NCBI RefSeq assembly: GCF_000017305.1
Contig: NC_009664.2
Span: 1,950,001-1,982,000 of the forward strand
Source: Kineococcus radiotolerans SRS30216 = ATCC BAA-149
GTDB taxonomy: Bacteria > Actinomycetota > Actinomycetes > Actinomycetales > Kineococcaceae
DNA: 32,000 nucleotides
Direction: 5' to 3'
Under the pieces are notes generated by a model, which was not told the DNA's origin, did not search any database, and saw only the letters and a list, made by a program, of their open reading frames with translations. Position numbers and translations under genes: made by a program. This document shows, in pieces, positions 14,400 to 21,845 of the stretch (position 1 is its first letter; every line of letters starts with the position of its first letter).

Positions 14400-16568
14400 T
14401 CCGGAGCCGCGATTACGCTCCTCCCGATGGACGGGACCAGATCCGCCTTCGCCGGCGACCTCCTCACCGGCGGAGCCGCCGTCGCGGGACTGCCCCGCGT
14501 CGTGCAGGGGCAGCCGGGGGCAGTCCTCCTCGTGCACGTCGCCGAGGGGACGGTCCTCTTCGCCAACCCCCTCGCCGAGCAGCTCGCCCCGCGCACCGCG
14601 CTGCCCTGCAGCGTCGACGACTGGTCGCGCGCGGCGGGCCTGGAGTCCACCGCCGGCGACGACATCACCGACCCGGCCAACGCCGCCTCCCCCCTCTCCC
14701 GCATCGCCCGCGGCGAGCCCGTGCACGGCGAGCGCGTCACCGCCGCCCGCTCCTCGGACATGTCCGAGGAGCGCGAGGCGCTGTGGGTCATCGGGCTGCC
14801 GATGAACGACGCCCCCGTCGACGAACTGTCCTCCCTCGCGCTGGTGGTGCTGCTGCCGCTGCGCGAGGAGGGGATGGTCCGCGAGGCCCAGGAGTCCGCC
14901 GAGCGCCTGCACAGCCGCGCCGTGCTGGCCAGCGACCTGTCCTTCACCATCTCCGACCCCACCAAGCCCGACAACCCCCTGGTCTGGACGAACCCCGCCT
15001 TCGAGCGGGTCACCGGCTACGGCCGCGAGGTCCTGGGCCAGAACTGCCGCTTCCTGCAGGGCCCCGGCACCGACCGCGAGGCCGTGGCCCGGATCCGGCG
15101 CGCCCTGGAGACCGGGGACACCGTCACCGAGCTCTTGCTCAACTACCGCAAGGACGGCACGGCCTTCTGGAACGAGGTCGTCATCTCCCCCGTGCACGAC
15201 GCGGACGGGCGGCTGACCCACTTCGTCGGCGTGCAGTCCGACGTCACGCTGCGGGTGCAGGCCGAGCGCGAGCGCGACGCGGCCCTCCTCGACGCCCGCG
15301 ACGCCCGTCACCGCCTGGAGTTCCTCTCCTCGGTCACCGACCGGCTCTCCGAGGTCCTGGACCCCGACACCGCCCAGGACCTCCTGCCCTCGCTGGTCGT
15401 CCCCGACTTCGCGGAGTGGGCGTTCGCCACGCTGCTCGACGGCAACGGGCGGGCCCGCCACGTCCGGGCCTCGCACGCGAACCCGGCGCTGGCCACCGAC
15501 GTCGAGCGGTTCCAGGACCTGCACACCGCGCTGGGCGAGGAGTCGATCTCGCTGCAGGTGCTGCGCGGGAGACTGGGCCCGACGCTGGTGACCGTCCGCG
15601 ACCGCCACCTCGAGACCGGGGTCACCACCGCGGAGGCCGCCACCCTGCTGCGCCGCCTCGGCCTGGGCAGCGCCATCGTCGTCCCGCTGCGCGCGCGGGG
15701 GGAGGTGAGGGGTTCGCTGACCCTGCTCTCCGGCCCGGACCGGCCCCCCTTCACCGAGGACGACCTGGCCACCGCCACCGACCTCGGCGCCCGCGCCGGG
15801 GTCGCGCTGGAGAACGCCCGCCTCTACGCCCAGCAGCGGCAGTCCTCGGAGACGCTGCAGCGCAGCCTGCTGAGCCCGCCGACGCGGTCGGCGGGCCTCT
15901 CGATCGCGACGCGGTACCACCCCGCCGCCGAGGCCGCGCAGGTCGGCGGCGACTGGTACGACGCCTTCACCCAGCCCGACGGCTGCACCGTCGTCGTCAT
16001 CGGCGACGTGATGGGGCACGACGTGTCCGCCGCCGCCGCGATGGGCCAGCTGCGGACGCTGGTGCGCGGGCTGGCCTACGACCGCTCCGCGCAGCCGGAC
16101 GAGGTCCTGCGCCGCCTGGACCGGCTGCTGGCCGGGCTGGGGCTGACGACGCTGGCCACGGCGATCGTGCTGCAGCTGGACGCCCTCGCGCCCGACGGCA
16201 CCGGGGACGGCAGCCGCGGGATCCGCTGGTGCACCGCCGGCCACCTGCCGCCCGTGGTGGCCGAACCGGACGGCTCGGTGCGGCTGCTGCCCGGCGAGGG
16301 GATCGTCCTGGGCCTCGGCGCCGGGCAGGACCGCGTCCAGCAGGAGGCGCGGCTGGCGCTGGGCTCGACGCTGCTGCTCTACACCGACGGGCTGGTGGAG
16401 CGGCGCGACCAGTCCATGGAGGTCCGCCTCGCCGAGCTGCGCGAGGCCGTGGCCGACCTCGGGAACCAGCCGGTCGAGGCGCTGTGCGACGGGCTGGTGG
16501 AGCGGATGCTGCCGAAGGGCAGCGACGACGACGTCGCCATCGTCGCGGTCCGCGTCGTCGAGGTCTGA
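14397..16568 (+). CDS. PAS-like / LOV / GAF / PP2C (SpoIIE-type) serine phosphatase; putative blue-light receptor
   Basis: The ORF track shows 13740-16568, but the first 219 codons overlap opposite-strand genes. Candidate starts are GTG 14397 (GGAG 6 nt upstream) or ATG 14427. LOV domain about 14931-15248: ISDPTKPDNPLVWTNPAFERVTGYGREVLGQNCRFLQGPGTD...NYRKDGTAFWNEVVISP...FVGVQSDVT, with the adduct Cys codon at 15045-15047. GAF: SAIVVPLRARGEVRGSLTLL. PP2C: VGGDWYDAF, VVIGDVMGHD, LLLYTDGLVE. Confidence 0.9.
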   Translation: MSGAAITLLPMDGTRSAFAGDLLTGGAAVAGLPRVVQGQPGAVLLVHVAEGTVLFANPLAEQLAPRTALPCSVDDWSRAAGLESTAGDDITDPANAASPLSRIARGEPVHGERVTAARSSDMSEEREALWVIGLPMNDAPVDELSSLALVVLLPLREEGMVREAQESAERLHSRAVLASDLSFTISDPTKPDNPLVWTNPAFERVTGYGREVLGQNCRFLQGPGTDREAVARIRRALETGDTVTELLLNYRKDGTAFWNEVVISPVHDADGRLTHFVGVQSDVTLRVQAERERDAALLDARDARHRLEFLSSVTDRLSEVLDPDTAQDLLPSLVVPDFAEWAFATLLDGNGRARHVRASHANPALATDVERFQDLHTALGEESISLQVLRGRLGPTLVTVRDRHLETGVTTAEAATLLRRLGLGSAIVVPLRARGEVRGSLTLLSGPDRPPFTEDDLATATDLGARAGVALENARLYAQQRQSSETLQRSLLSPPTRSAGLSIATRYHPAAEAAQVGGDWYDAFTQPDGCTVVVIGDVMGHDVSAAAAMGQLRTLVRGLAYDRSAQPDEVLRRLDRLLAGLGLTTLATAIVLQLDALAPDGTGDGSRGIRWCTAGHLPPVVAEPDGSVRLLPGEGIVLGLGAGQDRVQQEARLALGSTLLLYTDGLVERRDQSMEVRLAELREAVADLGNQPVEALCDGLVERMLPKGSDDDVAIVAVRVVEV

Positions 16569-16587
16569 AGCCCCAGCCCCCGGGCCC

Positions 16588-16956
16588 TCAGACCGGCAGG
16601 TCGCACCAGACGGTCTTGCCCGCCGGCTCCGGCCGCACCCCCCACGCCGAGCACACCGTCTGGACCAGGTTGACGCCGCGCCCGGACTCGGCCTCCGGGC
16701 CGGGCGCGGAGACCCGCGGCGGGGCGGCGCTGCCGTCGCTGACCTCCAGGTGCAGCACGCCGGAGCGGCACTCCACCCCGGCCCGCACCGGCGGTTCCCC
16801 GTGCTCGACGGCGTTGACGGCGAGCTCGGAGACGACCAGCAGGGCCCGGTCCAGGAGCTCGCCCCCGTGCTGGGGACACAGGCGCGCCCGCACGAACGCC
16901 CGGGCCTCACGCGCCGCGGACAGGTCCGCGGGCAGGTCCAGGCCGGCTTCCGGCAT
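16588..16956 (-). CDS. RsbW-like anti-sigma-factor serine kinase (HATPase_c_2-type ATP-binding protein)
   Basis: N-box SELAVNAVEHG, VSDGS, GRGVNLV. Size is about 122 aa from ATG 16954-16956; the ORF extends to 17037. It is convergent with the LOV-PP2C gene, with 19 nt between the stop codons. Confidence 0.75.
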   Translation of the reverse strand: MPEAGLDLPADLSAAREARAFVRARLCPQHGGELLDRALLVVSELAVNAVEHGEPPVRAGVECRSGVLHLEVSDGSAAPPRVSAPGPEAESGRGVNLVQTVCSAWGVRPEPAGKTVWCDLPV

Positions 16957-17108
16957 CGCCTCGCACACCCCCCCATGGTGCGGGCGGGACGGGTGGGCCG
17001 CGTCTGGTAGAGGGTGCAACCACCTGACGGGCGCCACCCCCGCGCGGGGGTTACCGTCGGAGCGCGCGACGACGCGTGCCCCCGACCGCGAACCGCCCAG
17101 GAGTCCCC

Positions 17109-18152
17109 GTGCCCACCACCGTCAAGGCGTACGCCGCCACGTCCGCCACCGAGCCGCTGACCCCCTTCGAGGTCGAGCGCCGCGACGTCGGCCCCAAGGA
17201 CGTCAAGATCGACATCGCCTTCGCCGGCATCTGCCACTCCGACATCCACACCGCCCGCAGCGAGTGGGGCCCCGCCGCCTACCCCGTCGTCGTCGGCCAC
17301 GAGATCGCCGGCACCGTCGCCGAGGTCGGCTCCGAGGTCACGAAGTTCGCCGTCGGCGACCGCGTCGGCGTCGGCTGCATGGTCGACTCCTGCGGGGAGT
17401 GCAAGAACTGCACCGCGGGGAACGAGCAGTTCTGCCTCGAGGGCAACGTCGGCACCTACAACAGCGTCGGCAAGGACGGGCAGCCCACCCACGGCGGCTA
17501 CTCCCAGTCCATCGTCGTGACCGAGGGCTTCGTCCTGCGCATCCCCGAGGGCATCGAGCTCGACGAGGCCGCGCCGCTGCTGTGCGCGGGCATCACCACC
17601 TACTCCCCGCTGCGGCACTGGGGCGCGGGCCCGGGCAAGAAGGTCGCCGTCGTCGGCCTCGGCGGGCTCGGCCACATGGCCGTCAAGATCGCCGCCGCCA
17701 TGGGCGCGGAGGTCACCGTGCTCTCGCAGTCGCTGAAGAAGCAGGAGGACGGGCTGCGCCTGGGCGCGACCCACTACTACGCCACCTCCGACGACTCCAC
17801 CTTCGAGGACCTCAAGGGTTCCTTCGACCTCATCGTCAACACCGTCAGCGCGCAGCTGGACTTCGACAAGTTCCTCTCGCTGCTCGACGTCAACGGCGCG
17901 ATGGTCAACGTCGGCCTGCCCGAGGACCCGATCTCGCTGCAGATGTTCTCCGTGGTCATGGGCAACCGCAGCTTCGCCGGTTCCAACATCGGCGGCATCG
18001 CCGAGACCCAGGAGATGCTCGACTTCTGCGCCGAGCACCACATCGGCTCCGACGTCGAGACGATCCCCGCGGAGAAGATCAACGAGGCCTACGAGCGCGT
18101 CCTGGCCTCCGACGTGCGCTACCGCTTCGTCATCGACACCGCCACGCTCTGA
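17109..18152 (+). CDS. zinc-dependent NAD(P) alcohol dehydrogenase (cinnamyl-alcohol-dehydrogenase-like MDR family)
   Basis: GICHSD, GHEIAG, structural-zinc cluster [15 protein letters not shown], Rossmann motif [13 protein letters not shown]. The start at GTG 17109 has AGGAG 6 nt upstream; the ORF extends to 17076. Confidence 0.9.
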   Translation: MPTTVKAYAATSATEPLTPFEVERRDVGPKDVKIDIAFAGICHSDIHTARSEWGPAAYPVVVGHEIAGTVAEVGSEVTKFAVGDRVGVGCMVDSCGECKNCTAGNEQFCLEGNVGTYNSVGKDGQPTHGGYSQSIVVTEGFVLRIPEGIELDEAAPLLCAGITTYSPLRHWGAGPGKKVAVVGLGGLGHMAVKIAAAMGAEVTVLSQSLKKQEDGLRLGATHYYATSDDSTFEDLKGSFDLIVNTVSAQLDFDKFLSLLDVNGAMVNVGLPEDPISLQMFSVVMGNRSFAGSNIGGIAETQEMLDFCAEHHIGSDVETIPAEKINEAYERVLASDVRYRFVIDTATL

Positions 18153-18161
18153 GGACCCCGT

Positions 18162-18190
18162 CCCGGCGACCCCCGCGGGGCGTCGCCGGG
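18162..18190 (+). terminator. GC-rich stem-loop 10 nt after the alcohol dehydrogenase stop
   Basis: CCCGGCGAC (18162-18170) pairs with GTCGCCGGG (18182-18190). The inner CCCC..GGGG pairing extends the stem. No U-tract. Confidence 0.5.
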
Positions 18191-18267
18191 ACCCGGCGCC
18201 CGATCCCGGGCACCGGCACCGCCGCGGGCGCCCTCAAGGGCGGTCCCCGCGGTGCCGATGCTCGGGG

Positions 18268-19872
18268 GTGTCCCCCGCCGAGGTGAGCCCCCCGCGACGC
18301 GCCTGGCGCGACGCCGGGCTGCGCCGCAAGCTGAACGCCCTCACCGCGGTCGCCGTCCTCGGCGTCGGGGCCGTCGCCGCGCTCACCGCCGGCGTCCTGC
18401 AGGACACCGCCGCCGCGACGGCGCGCCTGGAGCGCGCCACCACCGCCACGCGGGCCACCCTCGAAGCGGACATGGCCCACGACGCGCTGCGCGCGAACGT
18501 CCTGCAGTCGCTGCTCTTCCCCACCGGCGAGCGCTACGCCCAGGCCCTCGACGGCGGCACCGAGGCCGCGGAGTCCCTGGGCGCCCACCTGCTCACCGTG
18601 CGGGCCGCCCGGCTGGGCCGCACCGTCGGGACCGCCGTCGACGACGCCGCCCCCGCCGTGAGCGACTACGGCCGCGCCGGGCGGGACCTCATCGTCCTGG
18701 CCGCCGCCGACCCGGCCGCCGCCCGCGACGCCTACCCCGCCTTCCTGGAGCGGTTCGAGGACGTCGAGGCCCTGCTGCCCGCCGTCGCCGACGCCGTCGC
18801 GGTGCAGGTGTCGGCCCAGAACGCCGAGGTCGCCGCCACCCGCTCGCGCAGCTACCGGCTGCTCGCCGCCGTCGTCGCTCTGACCGTGGGCGCCGCCCTG
18901 GTGGTGGCGCGGCTGGTGACCCGCAGCGTCGTCCACCCCCTGGACCGGGTCGGGGTCGTCGTGGCCGCCGTGCGCGACGGGGACCTCACCCGCCGCAGCC
19001 GCCTCACCTCCCGCGACGAGGTCGGGCGCACCGCCGCGGCCCTCGACGACGCCCTCGACGCGCTGAGCGGCCTCGTCCGCGGCATCACCGGGACCGCCGA
19101 CCGCCTCGAGGCCGCCACCGGTGCCCTCAGCTCCTCCTCCGGGCACATCGAGCGCTCCAGCGCCGACTCCACCCGGCTCGCCTCCTCCGCCGTCGAGGAG
19201 GCCCACCGGGTCTCCGAGGCCGCCGAGGGCATGGCCGCCTCCGGCGAGGAGATGGCCGGCGTCATCGCCCGGGTCGCGCACAGCGCCGCCACCTCCCGGG
19301 AGGTCTCCGCGCAGGCCGTCGACGCGGCCGGGACGACCTCCGCCGTCGTGCACCGCCTCGCCACCTCCAGCCGGGAGATCGGCACGGTCGTGCAGGCCAT
19401 CGCCGCCATCGCCGCCCAGACCAACCTGCTCGCTCTCAACGCCACCATCGAGGCCGCGCGCGCCGGGGAGTCCGGCCGCGGGTTCGCCGTCGTCGCCGGC
19501 GAGGTCAAGACCCTGGCCCGCGAGACCGCCGCGGCCACCGAGGAGATCACCCGCACCGTCGCCGCCCTGCAGGCCGACAGCGACGACGCCCGCCGGCAGA
19601 TCGAGGCGATCTCCGCCGTCGTCGACCGCGTCTCGCAGTTCCAGGGCACCATCGCCGCCGCCGCCGACGAGCAGACCCGCGTCAGCGCCGAGAACACCCG
19701 CCGGGTCGCGCTCGTGGCCCGCTCCACCCGCGCCTCGGTGGGCGACCTCACCACCCTGGCCGCCAGCGTCACCACCACCGCCGACCGCGGCCGCGACACC
19801 GGCGCCGCGGCGACGGAGGTCGCCGCCGCCAGCGACGACCTGCGGGCCGCCGTCACCCGCTTCCGCGTCTAG
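18268..19872 (+). CDS. methyl-accepting chemotaxis protein (two TM segments, periplasmic helical sensor, HAMP, MA domain)
   Basis: TM1 [23 protein letters not shown] and TM2 [26 protein letters not shown]: [20 protein letters not shown]. Conserved hairpin tip: [34 protein letters not shown]. The start is uncertain within the first ~6 codons. Confidence 0.9.
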   Translation: MSPAEVSPPRRAWRDAGLRRKLNALTAVAVLGVGAVAALTAGVLQDTAAATARLERATTATRATLEADMAHDALRANVLQSLLFPTGERYAQALDGGTEAAESLGAHLLTVRAARLGRTVGTAVDDAAPAVSDYGRAGRDLIVLAAADPAAARDAYPAFLERFEDVEALLPAVADAVAVQVSAQNAEVAATRSRSYRLLAAVVALTVGAALVVARLVTRSVVHPLDRVGVVVAAVRDGDLTRRSRLTSRDEVGRTAAALDDALDALSGLVRGITGTADRLEAATGALSSSSGHIERSSADSTRLASSAVEEAHRVSEAAEGMAASGEEMAGVIARVAHSAATSREVSAQAVDAAGTTSAVVHRLATSSREIGTVVQAIAAIAAQTNLLALNATIEAARAGESGRGFAVVAGEVKTLARETAAATEEITRTVAALQADSDDARRQIEAISAVVDRVSQFQGTIAAAADEQTRVSAENTRRVALVARSTRASVGDLTTLAASVTTTADRGRDTGAAATEVAAASDDLRAAVTRFRV

Positions 19873-19950
19873 GGCCGCCCGACCGGACGACGGCAGAGGT
19901 CCACGGTCCCGTCGCGACCGCGAGCAGGGACGTGGTGAGGGCGGTGGCGC

Positions 19951-19981
19951 CCCCGGTGCCCCGGGTGCGGTTCGGCACCGG
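19951..19981. terminator. 9-bp stem hairpin between convergent MCP and WYL-regulator genes
   Basis: CCCGGTGCC (19951-19959) pairs with GGCACCGGG (19973-19981), with a 13-nt loop. Confidence 0.3.
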
Positions 19982-20001
19982 GCCCTCCCCGTCTCGCGTC
20001 C

Positions 20002-21021
20002 TCACCGGTCGGGGAGGTCGTCGGGACGATCCGGGGAGGCCTCGAGGCCGGGCCCCGGCGGCCGCGCGGCGCGGTCCAGCCGCTGCGCCCACTCCCGCAG
20101 GACGGCCACCAGCTCCGGGGGCTCCACCTCGCTGACGTCGCAGCCGACGCGGACGAGCTCGAACGCGGCCCGGTCCAGCTCGTCGGTGCTCCAGGACAGG
20201 AGGCAGCGCCCGCCGGGGAGGTCGGTGATCCGCGTCCAGGGGCTCACCCGCCGCCGGGCGTGCCCGGGGGTGCAGTGCAGCACCGCGCGGACCGCGTGGC
20301 CGGCGGGTGCGGTGTCGATGCGGCGCCGCACGAAGGCGGTGACGTCGGCGTCGGGGACCTCCCGGGGGCGGAACCGCGCACCCCCGGCGGTGGCGCTCGC
20401 GATGCGGTCGACGCGGAAGACCCGCCAGTCCGCGCGGTCGAGGTCGTGGGCCAGCAGGTACCAGAAGCGCCACAGCGGGACGAGGCGGTGCGGTTCCACG
20501 GACCGCGGGCCGGTCCTGCCGTCGGCGGTCGTGTAGTCGAGGGTGGTCCGCTCGCCGGCCTGGACGGCTGCGGCGAGGGTGAGCAGGACGGCGGGGTCGG
20601 GGCCGGGGAGGCGGCCCGGCCCGGAGCCGGCGGGGCTGGTGGCGGTGGCCGCGCGCAGGGCGTCCACCCGCCGCTGCAACCGCGGCGGCAGGACCCGCAC
20701 CGCCTTGGTGAGGGCCCGCAGCGCGGCCTCGGCGGAGGCCGGCGCGGCGTCCACGACCGACTGCAGGCCCAGGACCAGCGCGACGGCCTCCTCGTCGTCG
20801 AGGGCCAGCGGCGGCAGCGACGCACCCGGCGCCAGCCGGTACCCGCCGGCCACGCCGCGCGCGGCGTGCACGGGGTAGCCCAGGGCCCGCAGCCGGTCCA
20901 CGTCGCGGCGCAGGGTGCGGGGGGAGACGCCGAGCCGGTCGGCCAGCTCCGCCCCGGGCCAGGACCGGCGGGCCTGGAGGAGGGACAGCAGGCGCAGGGT
21001 GCGGGAGCTCGTCGTCGCCAC
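20002..21021 (-). CDS. HTH-WYL transcriptional regulator (YafY-like)
   Basis: N-terminal HTH: RTLRLLSLLQARRSWPGAELADRLGVSPRTLRRDVDRLRALGYPV. Central WYL motif: LWRFWYLLAHDLDRADWRVFRVDRI. Confidence 0.85.
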   Translation of the reverse strand: MATTSSRTLRLLSLLQARRSWPGAELADRLGVSPRTLRRDVDRLRALGYPVHAARGVAGGYRLAPGASLPPLALDDEEAVALVLGLQSVVDAAPASAEAALRALTKAVRVLPPRLQRRVDALRAATATSPAGSGPGRLPGPDPAVLLTLAAAVQAGERTTLDYTTADGRTGPRSVEPHRLVPLWRFWYLLAHDLDRADWRVFRVDRIASATAGGARFRPREVPDADVTAFVRRRIDTAPAGHAVRAVLHCTPGHARRRVSPWTRITDLPGGRCLLSWSTDELDRAAFELVRVGCDVSEVEPPELVAVLREWAQRLDRAARPPGPGLEASPDRPDDLPDR

Positions 21022-21050
21022 GGCCCCATCCTGGCCCGCCGCCGCCGATT

Positions 21051-21069
21051 GCGGTCAGGAAGTGACCGC
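21051..21069. promoter_or_regulatory. perfect 7-bp inverted repeat GCGGTCA-ggaag-TGACCGC in the WYL/DinB divergent promoter region
   Basis: 21051-21057 and 21063-21069 are reverse complements. The site lies 30 nt upstream of the regulator start and 82 nt upstream of the DinB-family start. Confidence 0.35.
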
Positions 21070-21150
21070 TGGCGCTCCTAGCGTCGTCCTCGTCAGCAGG
21101 CAGGGCGCCGGTGGGTCGGGCGCCGCCGCACCAACACCCAGGAGGTCGTC

Positions 21151-21759
21151 GTGTTCGGAGCCGGGAAGTGGTCGGAGAGCGAGGTCCTGGTCGGCTACCT
21201 CGACCAGCAGCTGGAGGCGATCCGGGCCTCGGCGCACGGGCTGAGCGAGGAGCAGGCGCGGGCGACGCCGTGCCGCAGCGCGCTGTCCGTGGGCGGGCTC
21301 CTCAAGCACGTCGTGCACGTGCTGGAGGGCAGGCTGGGCAGCAGCGCCCAGCCGACCGCGGAGGAGGTGGCGCGGTTCACGGCGAGCTTCTCCCTCGGCG
21401 AGGGCGAGACCCTCGCCGGGACGCTGGAGGCCTTCGACCGCGTCCGGGCGCAGTACCTGGCGCGGGTCTCGTCCACCGACCCCGCGGACGAGGTGCTGGA
21501 GCCGCCGGCCCCGTGGTTCGGGGTGCTCGACCCGACGCCGTCGGTGCAGCGCTACCGGCTGGTCCACCACGTCGAGGAGCTCGCCCGCCACGCCGGGCAC
21601 GCCGACATCCTGCGGGAGCAGCTGGACGGGGCGTCGTCGCCGTCGCTGCTGGCGGCGGTGCACGGGTGGCCGGCCAACGACTTCGTCCAGCCGTGGACGC
21701 CGGGCACCGGCGGGGACGACGCGCCCCGGGCGGTGGGACGGCCCGGCGCCGGCGGCTGA
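21151..21759 (+). CDS. DinB-family / DUF664-type protein
   Basis: The GTG start has AGGAGG 6 nt upstream. His-rich four-helix signature: LLKHVVHVLEG ... LVHHVEELARHAGHADILREQLDG. Confidence 0.8.
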   Translation: MFGAGKWSESEVLVGYLDQQLEAIRASAHGLSEEQARATPCRSALSVGGLLKHVVHVLEGRLGSSAQPTAEEVARFTASFSLGEGETLAGTLEAFDRVRAQYLARVSSTDPADEVLEPPAPWFGVLDPTPSVQRYRLVHHVEELARHAGHADILREQLDGASSPSLLAAVHGWPANDFVQPWTPGTGGDDAPRAVGRPGAGG

Positions 21760-21845
21760 GCCCCCCGGGCCGGTCCCGGGAGCCATCCGGGTGGTTGAGC
21801 CTCCAACTAGATTTCTGGCACCCGTTCGCGTCCGACAGTGACGGG

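Noticed and set aside
17036-17051. Perfect 16-bp palindrome ACCCCCGCGCGGGGGT in the divergent region between the RsbW-like gene and the alcohol dehydrogenase.
   Set aside because: It is almost pure G/C in a very GC-rich spacer. A palindrome of this kind is plausibly a chance event in 32 kb of such composition, and there is no second copy or flanking promoter signal. It is noted only as a possible operator.
21111-21845. N-terminal extension of the 21111-24122 ORF across the DinB-family gene.
   Set aside because: It overlaps the well-supported DinB/DUF664 frame (21151-21759) on the same strand and has off-frame RPG-rich composition. The membrane domain begins only after about 21850.
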